From positions 22,332,954 to 22,396,953 of the forward strand of contig CP154954.1 of the NCBI GenBank assembly GCA_039621445.1: a stretch of DNA of 64,000 nucleotides, written 5' to 3'. Under the pieces are notes generated by a model, which saw only the letters and a list, made by a program, of their open reading frames with translations, made no database searches and was not told the origin of the DNA. Below, piece by piece: positions 1 to 9,829 of the stretch. A program made the position numbers and the translations under genes. Within the stretch, counting starts at the first letter, position 1. The number at the start of each line of letters is the position of its first letter. The DNA comes from Euglena gracilis (lineage: Eukaryota).

Positions 1-332
1 ATTTGGCTGTCCAATCCAAGTGCTTTGCCTCCTGTGTCTGGGTCCAGTCCACACATTTTCTCACTGACTAGCCATTACATTCTTCGAAAAGTCAGTCGTT
101 TTTTTTTTTTGCGGAGAACTGTCAATCACCACCCCCCCCGGGGGGTCGGCACATCACATTTGCCCTCAAAACTCCCAGCACTGAAAAACCGACTTTGCTC
201 GGCCTTTGAAAAACGGCCTTTGCCTATACTCCACCACTGAGCTATTCGCTTTTTGGTGGATTTCACATTTCCGACACATTTTCTTTTAAACACTAAAACA
301 AACTCTTCTGAAAAAGGAAAAATGTCCAAAAA

Positions 333-404
333 GGGGGCGACCGGGGATTGAACCCGGGACCGTAGAGTTGTTACCCTTATGCTCTACCACTAAGGTATTC
401 GCCT
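333..404 (-). pseudogene. Degenerate tRNA-Val(AAC)-like copy
   Basis: Same layout as 2523-2595, with loop GTAACAA and mismatches in the D and anticodon stems. Confidence 0.7.
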
Positions 405-1403
405 TCTGACCACACATTCCTTTTTGACACAATACCAGACTCTTCTGAAAAAAAGGAAAAAGTCCAAAAGGGGGCGAACCGGGATTGAACCCGGGACCAT
501 ACGGTTGTAACCGTGAATAGAGGCCCGGCGCCTGCCCTGTTTTTCGTGGGTGTGAACACGGAAAACAGGGCATATTTTCAATTCACGAAAATATGCCCTG
601 TTTTTTGTGAACAGGTATTCACGAAAAACAGAGCATATTTTCGTGAATAGGAATTTTAACTGAAATGAAAAACAAAAACCTAAACATGAAAAAGGAACAT
701 CTGATGCAAAAAAACTGATTGCTTTGAAATAAAATCAGAGCAAATGGATGACAAAACAACACACGGAGGTGTGACGAAGTCGGAGCATGACCAGTGCAAC
801 GACAGACAGCACAATGCTGTGGATGGTCAGAGGGAGACACACTAACGGGGTTTGCACGAATGACACATCCACGACCCATGTTTGGGCTCGTGGCACAAAT
901 TCACGCAACACCAATGGTAAGACAAGGAGCACACGTCACATTGCACACGATTCATATCACGACAAGGAGAACGCGGGGGAACAACCACACCACATCGGGC
1001 GCAGGCGGGGGCGGAAGGCACAAGGCGGCGTTTTTGGAGGGAGGGGCAGTGGCGGACGTGGACACGGCAACGGAAGGAAAGACAGAGGGCAAGTCAGAGA
1101 GGTCCTGTGCCACGTCTGCCCCCTCCTCCGCCGGCGGTGCCTCCCACGCCAGCCGCCGCGCCCACTGCTGGCGGTTGCGTTCGACGGCGTCATCGTCATC
1201 ATCCGACTCCAACTTGAAGTGGATGTCCCGCGACCATGCACTTCGAGATGGCTGCGTCAGCGGAACCCAGTCATCATCCTCCTTCACAAGGATGTAGTTT
1301 GGTTGGATTGGTCTGAGGATAAATGGACTGAGGTGTATGCAGTTAATGCTGTGGTGGCATACGGTTCAGGTTGCTTCTTATCCGGAGGCGGTTCAGATAC
1401 GGT

Positions 1404-1955
1404 TCAGATCAATTTTTGCAGTTGTGGGAGTTGCGTGTCAGAGGATGGCACAAACGGGGTTTCTGGCTGAGATGAGGCATGGATGCGGGCAACTGCGTTC
1501 AGATAGCCCCTGAACGTGGATGCTTTCAATTGTCGGAATTTGAATTGATGGCCACATTGTACCCGGCGTTGGTCCTCGCATTGTTTGATAACCGCTTGCC
1601 CATCAAACAACAGAGGAGGATCAAGCGCCCAAGCCGCCCAAGCACAAAGGAAGGCATCCAATTCGTCATAGACAGCGCCAAGGGCATTGCAGACCTCCTC
1701 AAATTCAAGGAGATGTGCCAAAGCCGATTGCTCTGTCCCTTCCGAACCGGACGCTTTCTTTTTGGTAGCCTCCGCCAGAAGGTTGCCATGCAAGGGGTCA
1801 ACGGCAGGGTTCTTTCTTTTGTCCCATCCCTGCTTAATTGTGGCCAAAAATTCAGCAACTTTTGGGGGTTGTGGCAACATTCGGTCCATGGTGTTTGCGG
1901 CTTTCTTCGCCATTTTTGCAAGAACAGACTGAGGAACAACACAAGCAGTGTGCAT
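1404..1955 (-). pseudogene. N-terminal/core-binding part of a tyrosine recombinase, truncated
   Basis: LKASTFRGYLNAVARIH resembles the integrase core-binding helix. It is collinearly similar to the 19540-20359 protein (LPQPPKVAEFLA/LPQPPTPAEFLA, YDELDAFL/YDKLDDWL, PFVPS/PFVPS), and that copy continues into a catalytic box. Confidence 0.65.
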
Positions 1956-2298
1956 AAAATACTGACCCTCTGTTATCCATTAGGCTCTAACCCCCCCCCC
2001 CCAAATGGCCCAACGCCTATTTCTCGTTCTCCAGGACCAGCGGCACCATGTGGGTATGATTTGGGTCATTTGGACACCATTTCCAAAGACCTGTTTCTAT
2101 TCACAAAAAACAGGGCATATTTTCAATTCACGAAAATATGCCGTGTTTTTTGTGAATAGATATTCACGAAAAACAGGGCATATTTTTGTGAATAGGATTT
2201 TTGGGTAAAAAATGACAAAAAAAATGCCCGAAAACATGGCGTGAAGCACACCCACGAAAAACAGGGCAGGCGCCGGGCCTTTCTATTCACGGTTACAG

Positions 2299-2406
2299 AA
2301 AAACCGTGGGCTATAACCCGTATTCAGGCCGTATAACAGGTCAAGGGCGCCTGCGGCGCCCTTGACCCGTTATACGGCCTGAATACGGGTTATGCCCACA
2401 ATTTTT
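2299..2406. repeat. Near-perfect ~50-bp-arm palindrome (hairpin)
   Basis: ATAACCCGTATTCAGGCCGTATAACAGGTCAAGGGCGCC-TGC-GGCGCCCTTGACCCGTTATACGGCCTGAATACGGGTTAT. Confidence 0.9.
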
Positions 2407-2522
2407 ATATAATTAGCCCTATGCTCTACCACTGAGCTATTCGCCTTCCTGGTGGCTAAAGTCTCACACTTTTTTTTAAACACAATAACACACTCTTCTG
2501 AAAAAAGGGAAAATGTCCAAAA

Positions 2523-2595
2523 GGGGGACGACCGGGGATTGAACCCGGGACTGTAGGGTTGTAAGCCCTATGCTCTACCACTGAGCTATTCGCCA
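2523..2595 (-). tRNA. tRNA-Val(TAC)-like sequence, probably a pseudo-tRNA or SINE-like head
   Basis: Minus strand GGCGAATAGCTCAGTGGTAGAGCATAGGGCTTACAACCCTACAGTCCCGGGTTCAATCCCCGGTCGTCC. D arm (GCTC/GAGC), anticodon arm (TAGGG-CTTACAA-CCCTA) and T arm (CCGGG-TTCAATC-CCCGG) pair perfectly. The acceptor stem is imperfect. Confidence 0.65.
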
Positions 2596-3064
2596 TTTTA
2601 AGTAAAGTTAAAATTTTAGTTGACGAGGGCTCTCACCCTTACGATTTTTTGTTGTTATTTTTGTGGATTTTGATTTTTTTTGGGTTGGTTTGCGAAAGTA
2701 TCACACATGGACCAATTAATCGTTAATCGTCTGGGACCCCCCCGATTAATCGCAATTAATCGTTCGACTTCCCAAAACGATTAATTGGCACAACCCTATG
2801 ACCAGTGAAGGCAACCTGTTGCTCCATCACATCCAGGGGGCGTTTAAAAGCGTTTGATACTAAATTCGGTTTGGTATTTAACTCGTCGGGTTTAAATCTG
2901 TTTTAATCCCGACGAAGATCCCCCCTCGGCCGGATTTAAACCACCGAGGTTAAGCATTACGCATTTAAGAATCATGAGGAAATTCCTAACCCAGAACCTT
3001 TCTGTGGATGGTGTGTTGAGAAACAATGTCCTGTTTCCCTTGTTTTTCCTTTCCTCCCTTCCAG

Positions 3065-3572
3065 AGAGGCTGTCCCTGGCGACAACGTTGTCTTCAACGT
3101 GAAGAACATGTCTGTCAAGGATATTCGCTGTCATGCGTTCGAACGCCAAGAAAGATCCCACCAAAAAGGCTGCTGACTTCACTGCGCAGGTAAGCTTCTC
3201 TTCAAACGCTCAGCAGGACTTAAGTTGGCAGAGTGTTTTCATAATCTGCTATCACAAGGTTGGTTTCAAGGCTTTCATGGGGGGGTTAGGGTGTGTGTCC
3301 CTTGACCAGGGTTTTGGAGAAGTGCCAAAAAAATTTTCAACCCTCAGGCCCCCTTGTCTGCCTTCAAAAATGTTTCTGGTTGGTGCCATTCTGTATGCGA
3401 GATGGACAAATTGGCGTTTTGTTCCTTTTCCATTCACGTTTCTTCAGGTAATCATTCTGAACCACCCTGGTCAGATTGACAACGGTGCCCTCGTGCCCGT
3501 GCTGGACTGCCACATTGCCGGCAGAAGTCCACTGGCAAGATCTTTAAGGCGAAGACACCGAGACGAAGATTG
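3065..3572 (+). pseudogene. EEF1A: Elongation factor 1-alpha gene fragment (2 exons, GT-AG intron 3190-3447), frameshifted
   Basis: EAVPGDNVVFNVKNMSVKDIR / SNAKKDPTKKAADFTAQ | VIILNHPGQIDNGALVPVLDCHIA matches EF-1alpha domains II-III. There is a frameshift near 3135-3140 and the GTPase domain is absent. Confidence 0.9.
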
Positions 3573-3731
3573 ATTGTGGCCATGCGTGGGGAACAATCAG
3601 CTTCTGGAGATCCTGAGGCCCAGGGTTTGACTTGGCCCGTAGAGCCTTGTTCATGTTTCCGTACCCTCCCCTCCGTCCCCTCCCCGCTACATGAGTTCCT
3701 GTAAACTGAAAATCTCCTTCAGCCCCCCCAC

Positions 3732-4254
3732 TACCATCTCCTCCTCCCATTATGTACCCCCACCATTATGTACCCCCTGGGGGGGGAGGTACATAATGGG
3801 GGGGGATGGTAGCTCACTGCCATAACACTTTTTCTAAATTTCCCAAAAAAATGCTCAAAAATCGACGTTTTTGGGACGTTTTTAAATAGTGATACTTGGC
3901 AAATGTGCTGAAAATTGACCATTTATTGCAAACATCCAAAAAGTTGCCAAAAATGACCCCTTTTGGGCTGTTCGGTCGGGTCTGGGAATAGGACCTGGGT
4001 ACCCCCCCCCATTGTGTACCATGCCCCCCCCCATATAAGACCCCCCCTCGGGAGCCAAAATCCCAGGGGGGGTCTTATATGGGGGGGGTCTTATATGGGG
4101 GGGTCAGTCCCGGCCAAAGGGCCGGTCTTCGGCCGGCCAGGGGGGGTCTTATATGGGGGGGGGTCTTTTCTGGGGGGGGGCATGGTACCTCCCCCCCATT
4201 ATGCACCTTCCCCCCAATTTCGGCGTCCCGAGGTACATAATGGGGGGGATGGTA
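3732..4254. mobile_element. MITE-like repeat with TACCATC...CCCATTATGTACC termini (related sequence at ~17417-17600)
   Basis: Inverted CCCATTATGTACC / GGTACATAATGGG motifs, with ends TACCATC and GATGGTA. Confidence 0.6.
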
Positions 4255-5355
4255 ACAGCAATTCCTGTTCCAGTCTCGGACTGCCATCCCCCCGAATGTT
4301 GCTGTTTTGGCCCCCGAAGAAAAAATTTTGTCCCCCCTGAACTCCGTTTTTTTTTGGGCACCCCCCAGAATGTTACATTTTTTTGCCCATTCTCAGACCA
4401 ACGCCCCATCTGTGGCGCTGTCAAACCCTGGAAGTGGTTGAAGTCTTTCCATTTGCAAATGTTTTGGTATTAATCACCCAGGGTCTTTGGTTATTGGTCA
4501 AAGTTGAAGCTGAAGTTTAAGAAGATTAAACGACTCAGCGAACTGCAGTTGCTTCCACGAGTATTTTGTTGCTTTCGGTGTTCATGAGGTCAAATTTTTT
4601 TTTCACGACACAGTTTGAAAAAATTCAATGTTTCTGAAAAGAAATGCAGAAAAATATTCTCTCCTTTTTTTGGCAAAAAAACGTCGGCGATGTCTGTACC
4701 GTTCGACGTGCGCCTTCGGCGGTGCCTCCCTCACCCGACGGAATAATCTACCACCTGAAAAGCAAAATGAGACGGAAAATTTTTTCCGGCTGAGACAATG
4801 AAAAATTTTTGGGCATGACACCAGAAACGGAATTAAACCGACGAGGTTTGGACCCAAAACGGAATTAAACCACACGCTTTTAATCCCTTTTTATTAAGTA
4901 CCTTGCGCTTTTAAACGCTCCCCTGTCTGTCGACTTTATGCCGAAAATACCACAATTAGGGAAAGCAAAGCCGAGAGAGTGGAGCATTTTTGGCAATCCA
5001 TGTCTGTTTGCATCATGCGCACAGTAGCCTCGCAACTGCGGCTAACTACCTATACTGGGCCACAAGGGCCCCAAGTGTTTCCAGTTTCCACGGATCGAAT
5101 GGGCAGTGCATTGGGGGTGGCTGGCCGGCTAGCCGTCCGAGCCGTCCGGACCTCTTCAGCCGGACCAATGCTGGACGCCCAGCCATCCGTCCAGACGAAG
5201 CATTTTTTCGCCAGCCGTCCGTCAAGCCGGACCAATGTCTGTCTTGCCGGCCGGCCGGACCAAAAAAAATAATTCCTGAGCACCACGGGCAATTGCCCGC
5301 TCCTGTTCCAGCTTTGAATCTGTCAGCAACAACTTGGCAATCTCAACCTTGGAGC

Positions 5356-6172
5356 CAAGGCTGGATTGAAGTTTTCAAGAGAAGAGGAGGATTGAGGTTG
5401 AGGTTGAAGTGAGGTTGAAGTTTCAAAACTTCTCCCAACTTCAACCCGGGAAACACTTGCATTTTTATGACCTAAATGATTTTGTTCCTTCCTTAGAAAT
5501 GGCTGATGGCACTGCCAATCCACCGAAACGGATTTGTTTTGCCAAGGGCCACCAAGGAAAGAGGAATATGGATCTAGCACGTTACTTTGAGGCATATGGT
5601 GCTCCGTTGCGGGTGAGGTGCAAATTATGTTATCAAGCACGGTTTGATGAAGGGCTAAGAGTCTTGGAGGAAGTCCTCAAAATCCTCCGAAAAATGGCCA
5701 AAACTCGTCAAAATTTGTAAAATCTGTCAGATTCTGGTGAAATTGTAACACCGTTGCGGAAAAAACACCTGGGTGTCCTCATGGTGAGTCCGGAGGATGT
5801 CGAAAGTGGCCTACATTTGTGGACCTTAGTGTGCCAACGTCCTCGGAGAAGAATGCTCCGAGGCTCGTTCCTTTTGGAACCTGCATTGACCGTCCGATGA
5901 CCCACTGAGTGATTCATATGTGATAACAAGGAAGCCGTTGCAAAGTTTACACTGCTTTCATCCTCCCTTGCATTTTACAATGGGGTTGGATTTTAGTGCT
6001 TCCATTTAGGTTTGCCAGGTTTGTCATTTGGGGCACTCAAATGGTTCATTCAAGGGCAACACACATGGAGAACACATCAAATACTCATCTTCCGGTGGGG
6101 CGGGATTTGGACTGAAGTTGGAAGAAGTTAGATTGAGGTTGAAGAACTTCTCTCCACTTCAATCCAGCCCTG
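5356..6172 (+). mobile_element. hAT-like TIR element, possibly with a BED-finger transposase remnant, nested in another inverted-repeat element (~5099-6407)
   Basis: TIR CAAGGCTGGATTGAAGT / ACTTCAATCCAGCCCTG (16/17), flanked by a TTGGAGC direct repeat. The internal reading frame has ARYFEAYGAPLRVRCKLC. Confidence 0.6.
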
Positions 6173-8215
6173 TTGGAGCGCATCCACACCAGCCATGGCA
6201 AAATTGGTATATATCCGCCCAGAGTCGCGTGCACTGAGACGCCTGCGCTTCCAAAGACCCGGCCGGCTAGCCGGCCAGCCGGCTAGCTGGACCAAAGTGC
6301 ATTTTCTTCAGCCGTCTGGACCAAGCCCACAAGGTCAGCCGTCCATCCGGACCTTCGCTTTTTTCACCAGCCGTCCGTCCGTCCGTCCGTCCGCCCCCAT
6401 TGCCCATGGCCTGGCAAGCGATGACGCCCACAAAAAAAAAAACGACAGAGGGCAGAAGACACCATGACACACCAACCGTACGCATAGCCAACAACACGAC
6501 CAAAAAAAAAAACCAACAACATAAGCAAGTCACACCCTGCAACAAACAGAGGAAGGCCACAAAGAAACCCAGGCCCTTACCTCACCAAAAGCAAAGCCTT
6601 CCCCCGGACCAACTCCCTTATCCCTAAGCTCGCCACCCCAGCCACAACACTCGCCATTCTCTTGGAAAGGGGGGGGGGGGCAAAAAAGCGTTTTGTTTGT
6701 GTTTTTTTTTTGGCAAAATATGTGTTGTTCAAACAGAAAAAATGTCAGTAAAATTTGACTGTGCCAAAACTTTGTCCACTTTTTTTTGACCTTTGTTTAT
6801 TTCACCCCCCTCCTCAAAAGTACGAGTTTTTAGGACGGAAAATTTTGAGATTTTTTTTTAAAAAAGGGGGTTTTCCATCAAAAATCACGTGTTTTTGGTT
6901 TTTATTTTTCAAAAAAACTTTTTTTTGGCCAAAATCCCCGTTTTCCCGAAATCGGTGAAAATGCTGTGGTGGGTGTGGGGGGTGGACCCCCCCCACCTTC
7001 TGGTTCTTCCGGCGCAGTCATATGGTGCTGCCGTGAAATATATGTTGAAGAAATGTTCGTCCACCCGAAAAATAAATAGTCTCGTCTTTCGCAGCACTTT
7101 TGGTTCCGTGGACCGCGGTTACTACTGCTCGCTGTTAACTCATCCGCCGGCGTGGATGTTGTGATTAAACCTGGCGAGCGCAGCCGGCGAGCGTAATCAA
7201 AACCGACGAGGCTCCGCCTTGCGGTCTTTGCCCTGTATAATTTTTGAAGGCACTAAAAAGAAGGAGGAGGCGCCCCAGCCGCGGCCGGCCACAGCCAGCC
7301 GCGGCTGGCCGTGGCTGGTGACTGGGAGAAAAGAGGAGGAGGAGGTCTGGATGGTGGCTGGTGAAAAAAAGAGGAGGAGGAGGTCTGGCCGTGGGGACCC
7401 CAGCTCCAGTGGATCCATGTTGGGGCCAAGCTGCAGCTGCAACCATCGTAGCGTGTCTTGCGATGGGATTGCCAGCACCGAGGCCGGCACCCCCACAGCT
7501 TGGCTGCCATGCATCCCCAGGTTCAGCAAGGCCGCCATCCGTGCCGCCGGCTGCAGTACTTCTGGGTCCGAGATTCCGAGGCCTCCGTGGCGGATAGGCA
7601 GGGATACCTGATCCCACGTGCTCTCGGCGATACCCAGTCCGAGGAGATCTTGTACGGCTTCTTGCAGTCGTGCCCTGAGCGGGGAGTCCCGTGCGTTTTC
7701 TCTCTCCGTTGATCGGAGGAGGTGGACCACCGGCATCCGTCAAGGCAATACTGCAAGAGTGCATGCCGCACTTGCCCCTCTGGGTATCCCATGAGCCGTT
7801 CCAGGAGCAGGTTCGCGTTGCCCACTGTTTCTTCCCATACGGCTTGGCATTGTGGTGCTCTTGGTGTGCCTTCTTCGGCTGCTCCATGCTCCATTGGAGC
7901 ATCGATTGGGACAAGGTCGTGATACCCTTCGGTCCTCCAAAGGGAATCACGGGCACTTGTCGCCCCAAGTGGTCTTCTGCCAAACCGTCAGGATATTGTG
8001 GCCCAGCCTGATCAATCTTTTGCATCCCAGGTCCCCATAACTTGCACTTGGCCAGGTGGAGGCCTGCCCCCTCGAGGACCGTGTTGAGGTCGTGGAGGCG
8101 GGCGAGCACCACTGCTGGTTTTCCCACAATGTGTCCATCGTCGAGGTACCAAGGCTCCCACGCCAGGTCCCGAGCAAAGCACTGGTCGAGGGCGTAGTCC
8201 AAGCCCAGTGCAAAG

Positions 8216-9133
8216 CATAGTTGCAGTTAGTGCGACCGGAAAAAATGCTTCCGTGCGCCGCAACCACCGCGTTAAATTTTTTTGTAACCGGCAGCGTTGC
8301 GGCAAAAAATTTTCTGTGCGCCGCGAATGCCGCGGCACTGGTTTATGTGTGCGCCGCGACTGCCGCGGAAACTTTTGAAGTTTGTGCCGCGACCACCGCG
8401 GTAATTGTCTTTTTAAATTGTGTCCCACATATAACCCCCCCCCCCACCTATAAGAAACCCCCCTCTATAAGAAACCCCCACCTATAAGAAACCCTTTGGG
8501 CATTTTCGGACCGACGCCCACCTATAAGAAACTCCCACCTATAAGAAACCCTTGGGGAGCTTTGAACCCAACCACCCCCTTTTTTCTTCGGCGCCGAAGG
8601 CGCCGAAGGAAATTTTTGACCGTTTTTGGCCACTTTTGGTCTTTTGTCGGCTCAAAACTTTTTCGGACATTGAAACCCACCTATAAGAAACCCCCACCTA
8701 TAAGAAACCCCTCGGGCCATTTTTTGGAAACCCACCTATAAGAAACGGGTTTCTTATAGGTGGGGGGGGGTTTACTTCCTTCGGCCCCTTCCCCTGCCTG
8801 GCCTCTTTGATACATTCTCGACCATGGCCGAAAAGGGTATTTGGCGGCAGGGAGTGAACTTTTGTACAAGCGTTCCTGTTTGTTTTCACGTATCAGCTTT
8901 CACCATGTCAAGCGAGACCTCCACATAAACGTTCTTGATTTCCGGGCAGAAAATTTTTTTTGCGCCGCAACCACCGCGGAAAAATTTTCCCCTTGCGCCA
9001 TGACCACCGCGGCAATGAATTTTGCTTGTGCCACGACAGCCGCGGCAAAAATCTTCTTGTGCGCCGCGACCACCGTGGAATTTTTTTTTTTGCGCCGCGG
9101 CATGAGCGCCGCGGCGCACTAACTACAAGTATG
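8216..9133. mobile_element. hAT-like MITE inserted in RT copy B
   Basis: TIR CATAGTTGCAGTTAGTGCG / CGCACTAACTACAAGTATG (17/19) and perfect 8-bp TSD GTGCAAAG (8208-8215, 9134-9141). Removing it restores GFALGLDYALD. Confidence 0.92.
8432..8774. mobile_element. TA-bounded MITE with (C)n-ACCTATAAGAAACCC termini, nested
   Basis: TAACCCCCCCCCCCCCACCTATAAGAAACCC ... GGGTTTCTTATAGGTGGGGGGGGGTTTA, with internal reiterated CCTATAAGAAACCC. Confidence 0.8.
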
Positions 9134-9829
9134 GTGCAAAGCCCAAGGGCCCGCATGCGTCGCCTTGGTGCACTCCAATCTGGCTCGTACACAGGAAGCG
9201 CCCTTGGCAGAACAGCGGACTTGGTCCACTGTAGCAAAAGCGCAACCAGTTGTACACTCTGGGCACCTTGGCTAAGCATCCCTGGAGCATTGCATCCCTG
9301 CCTGCTGAAGGAGTTGAAGGCATCCACTTGCAGCACCACGTCGTCATCGTCCCCTTGGAGGTGGCTTGACTGGACGTAGCGTTGCAAGCCCATGCCCACC
9401 ATTTCGGTGGCATTGCGCACCCCCGCACCATCGTGGCTGCAGGGCGTTCAACTCCACCTTCACCGCCTCAGAATGGAGGAGACACTTCCCCACTACTCGC
9501 CGGAGTGTGTCCCCGACGGCAATGGGCCGCACCCCTCCATCCTTCTTGCGGAGGGGATGAGCGTGGAGGCGTATTTGCGCGAACCGGCGGGTAGCACAGC
9601 TTCACCCAGACCGTGCCCCGGGCCCAGGGAGACGTCTCTTTTGGCCCTCGCCACAAGGAGAAACCCACAAGGAGAAACTCCTCATGACTCCTTGTGCGGC
9701 CACAGGTTGCCGGTAGATACTATGGGTGTAAAGTACAAAAGGTTGTATGGAGTGCCGTGCATGTCCCGCGGTCAGTGGTTAGAGGAAAATGGGAAAGTCC
9801 CATCTTCAATATATACGGCGGGGAGAGAG

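Larger units (their letters stand above)
506..2412 (-). mobile_element. Internally deleted tyrosine-recombinase (Crypton-like) element inserted in the anticodon loop of a tRNA-like unit
   Basis: ~50-bp inverted repeats (506-554 / 2246-2297, TGTAACCGTGAATAG...CTATTCACGGTTACA), ~100-bp palindromic direct repeats (557-658 / 2101-2202) and a long terminal hairpin (2299-2406). The tRNA-like sequence stops at ~507-510 and resumes at ~2413-2416. Confidence 0.7.
225..2595 (-). repeat. Tandem array of ~140-bp tRNA-Val-derived units (partial 225-250, 333-404, split copy 470-510 + 2413-2444, 2523-2595)
   Basis: Each unit carries A-box TAGCTCAGTGGTAGAGC-like and B-box GGTTCAATCCC motifs on the minus strand, followed by a T-run. 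Units are separated by a shared spacer (ACTCTTCTGAAAAAAGG-AAAATGTCCAAAA on +). Confidence 0.85.
2834..4925. mobile_element. TIR element (CAGGGG...CCCCTG) carrying a host gene fragment and nested MITEs
   Basis: CAGGGGGCGTTTAAAAGCG at 2834 and CGCTTTTAAACGCTCCCCTG ending at 4925, with additional inverted subterminal similarity (CTCGTCGGGTTTAA / TTAAACCGACGAG). No TSD is recognisable. Confidence 0.55.
7400..9650 (-). mobile_element. Decayed CRE/SLACS-clade non-LTR retrotransposon, copy B (reverse transcriptase, frameshifted)
   Basis: RT motifs across frames: RPIAVGDTLRRVVGK, LQVDAFNS, GVHQGDACGPLGFA, WYLDDGHIVG, KCKLWGPG and thumb QVSLPIRHGGLGI. Confidence 0.9.

Noticed and set aside
787-2159. 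Plus-strand ORFs of 227 and 226 aa
   Set aside because: They are antisense shadows of the recombinase remnant and have no recognisable motifs.
3065-3572. Functional EF-1alpha gene
   Set aside because: It is frameshifted, has substitutions at conserved positions, and lacks both the N- and C-terminal exons.
8432-8774. CRISPR-like regularly repeated CCTATAAGAAACCC (also 14427-14943, 47577-48013 and 13225-13730)
   Set aside because: Repeats are short with irregular spacing and mostly lie inside TIR-bounded MITEs. There are no cas genes and the context is eukaryotic.
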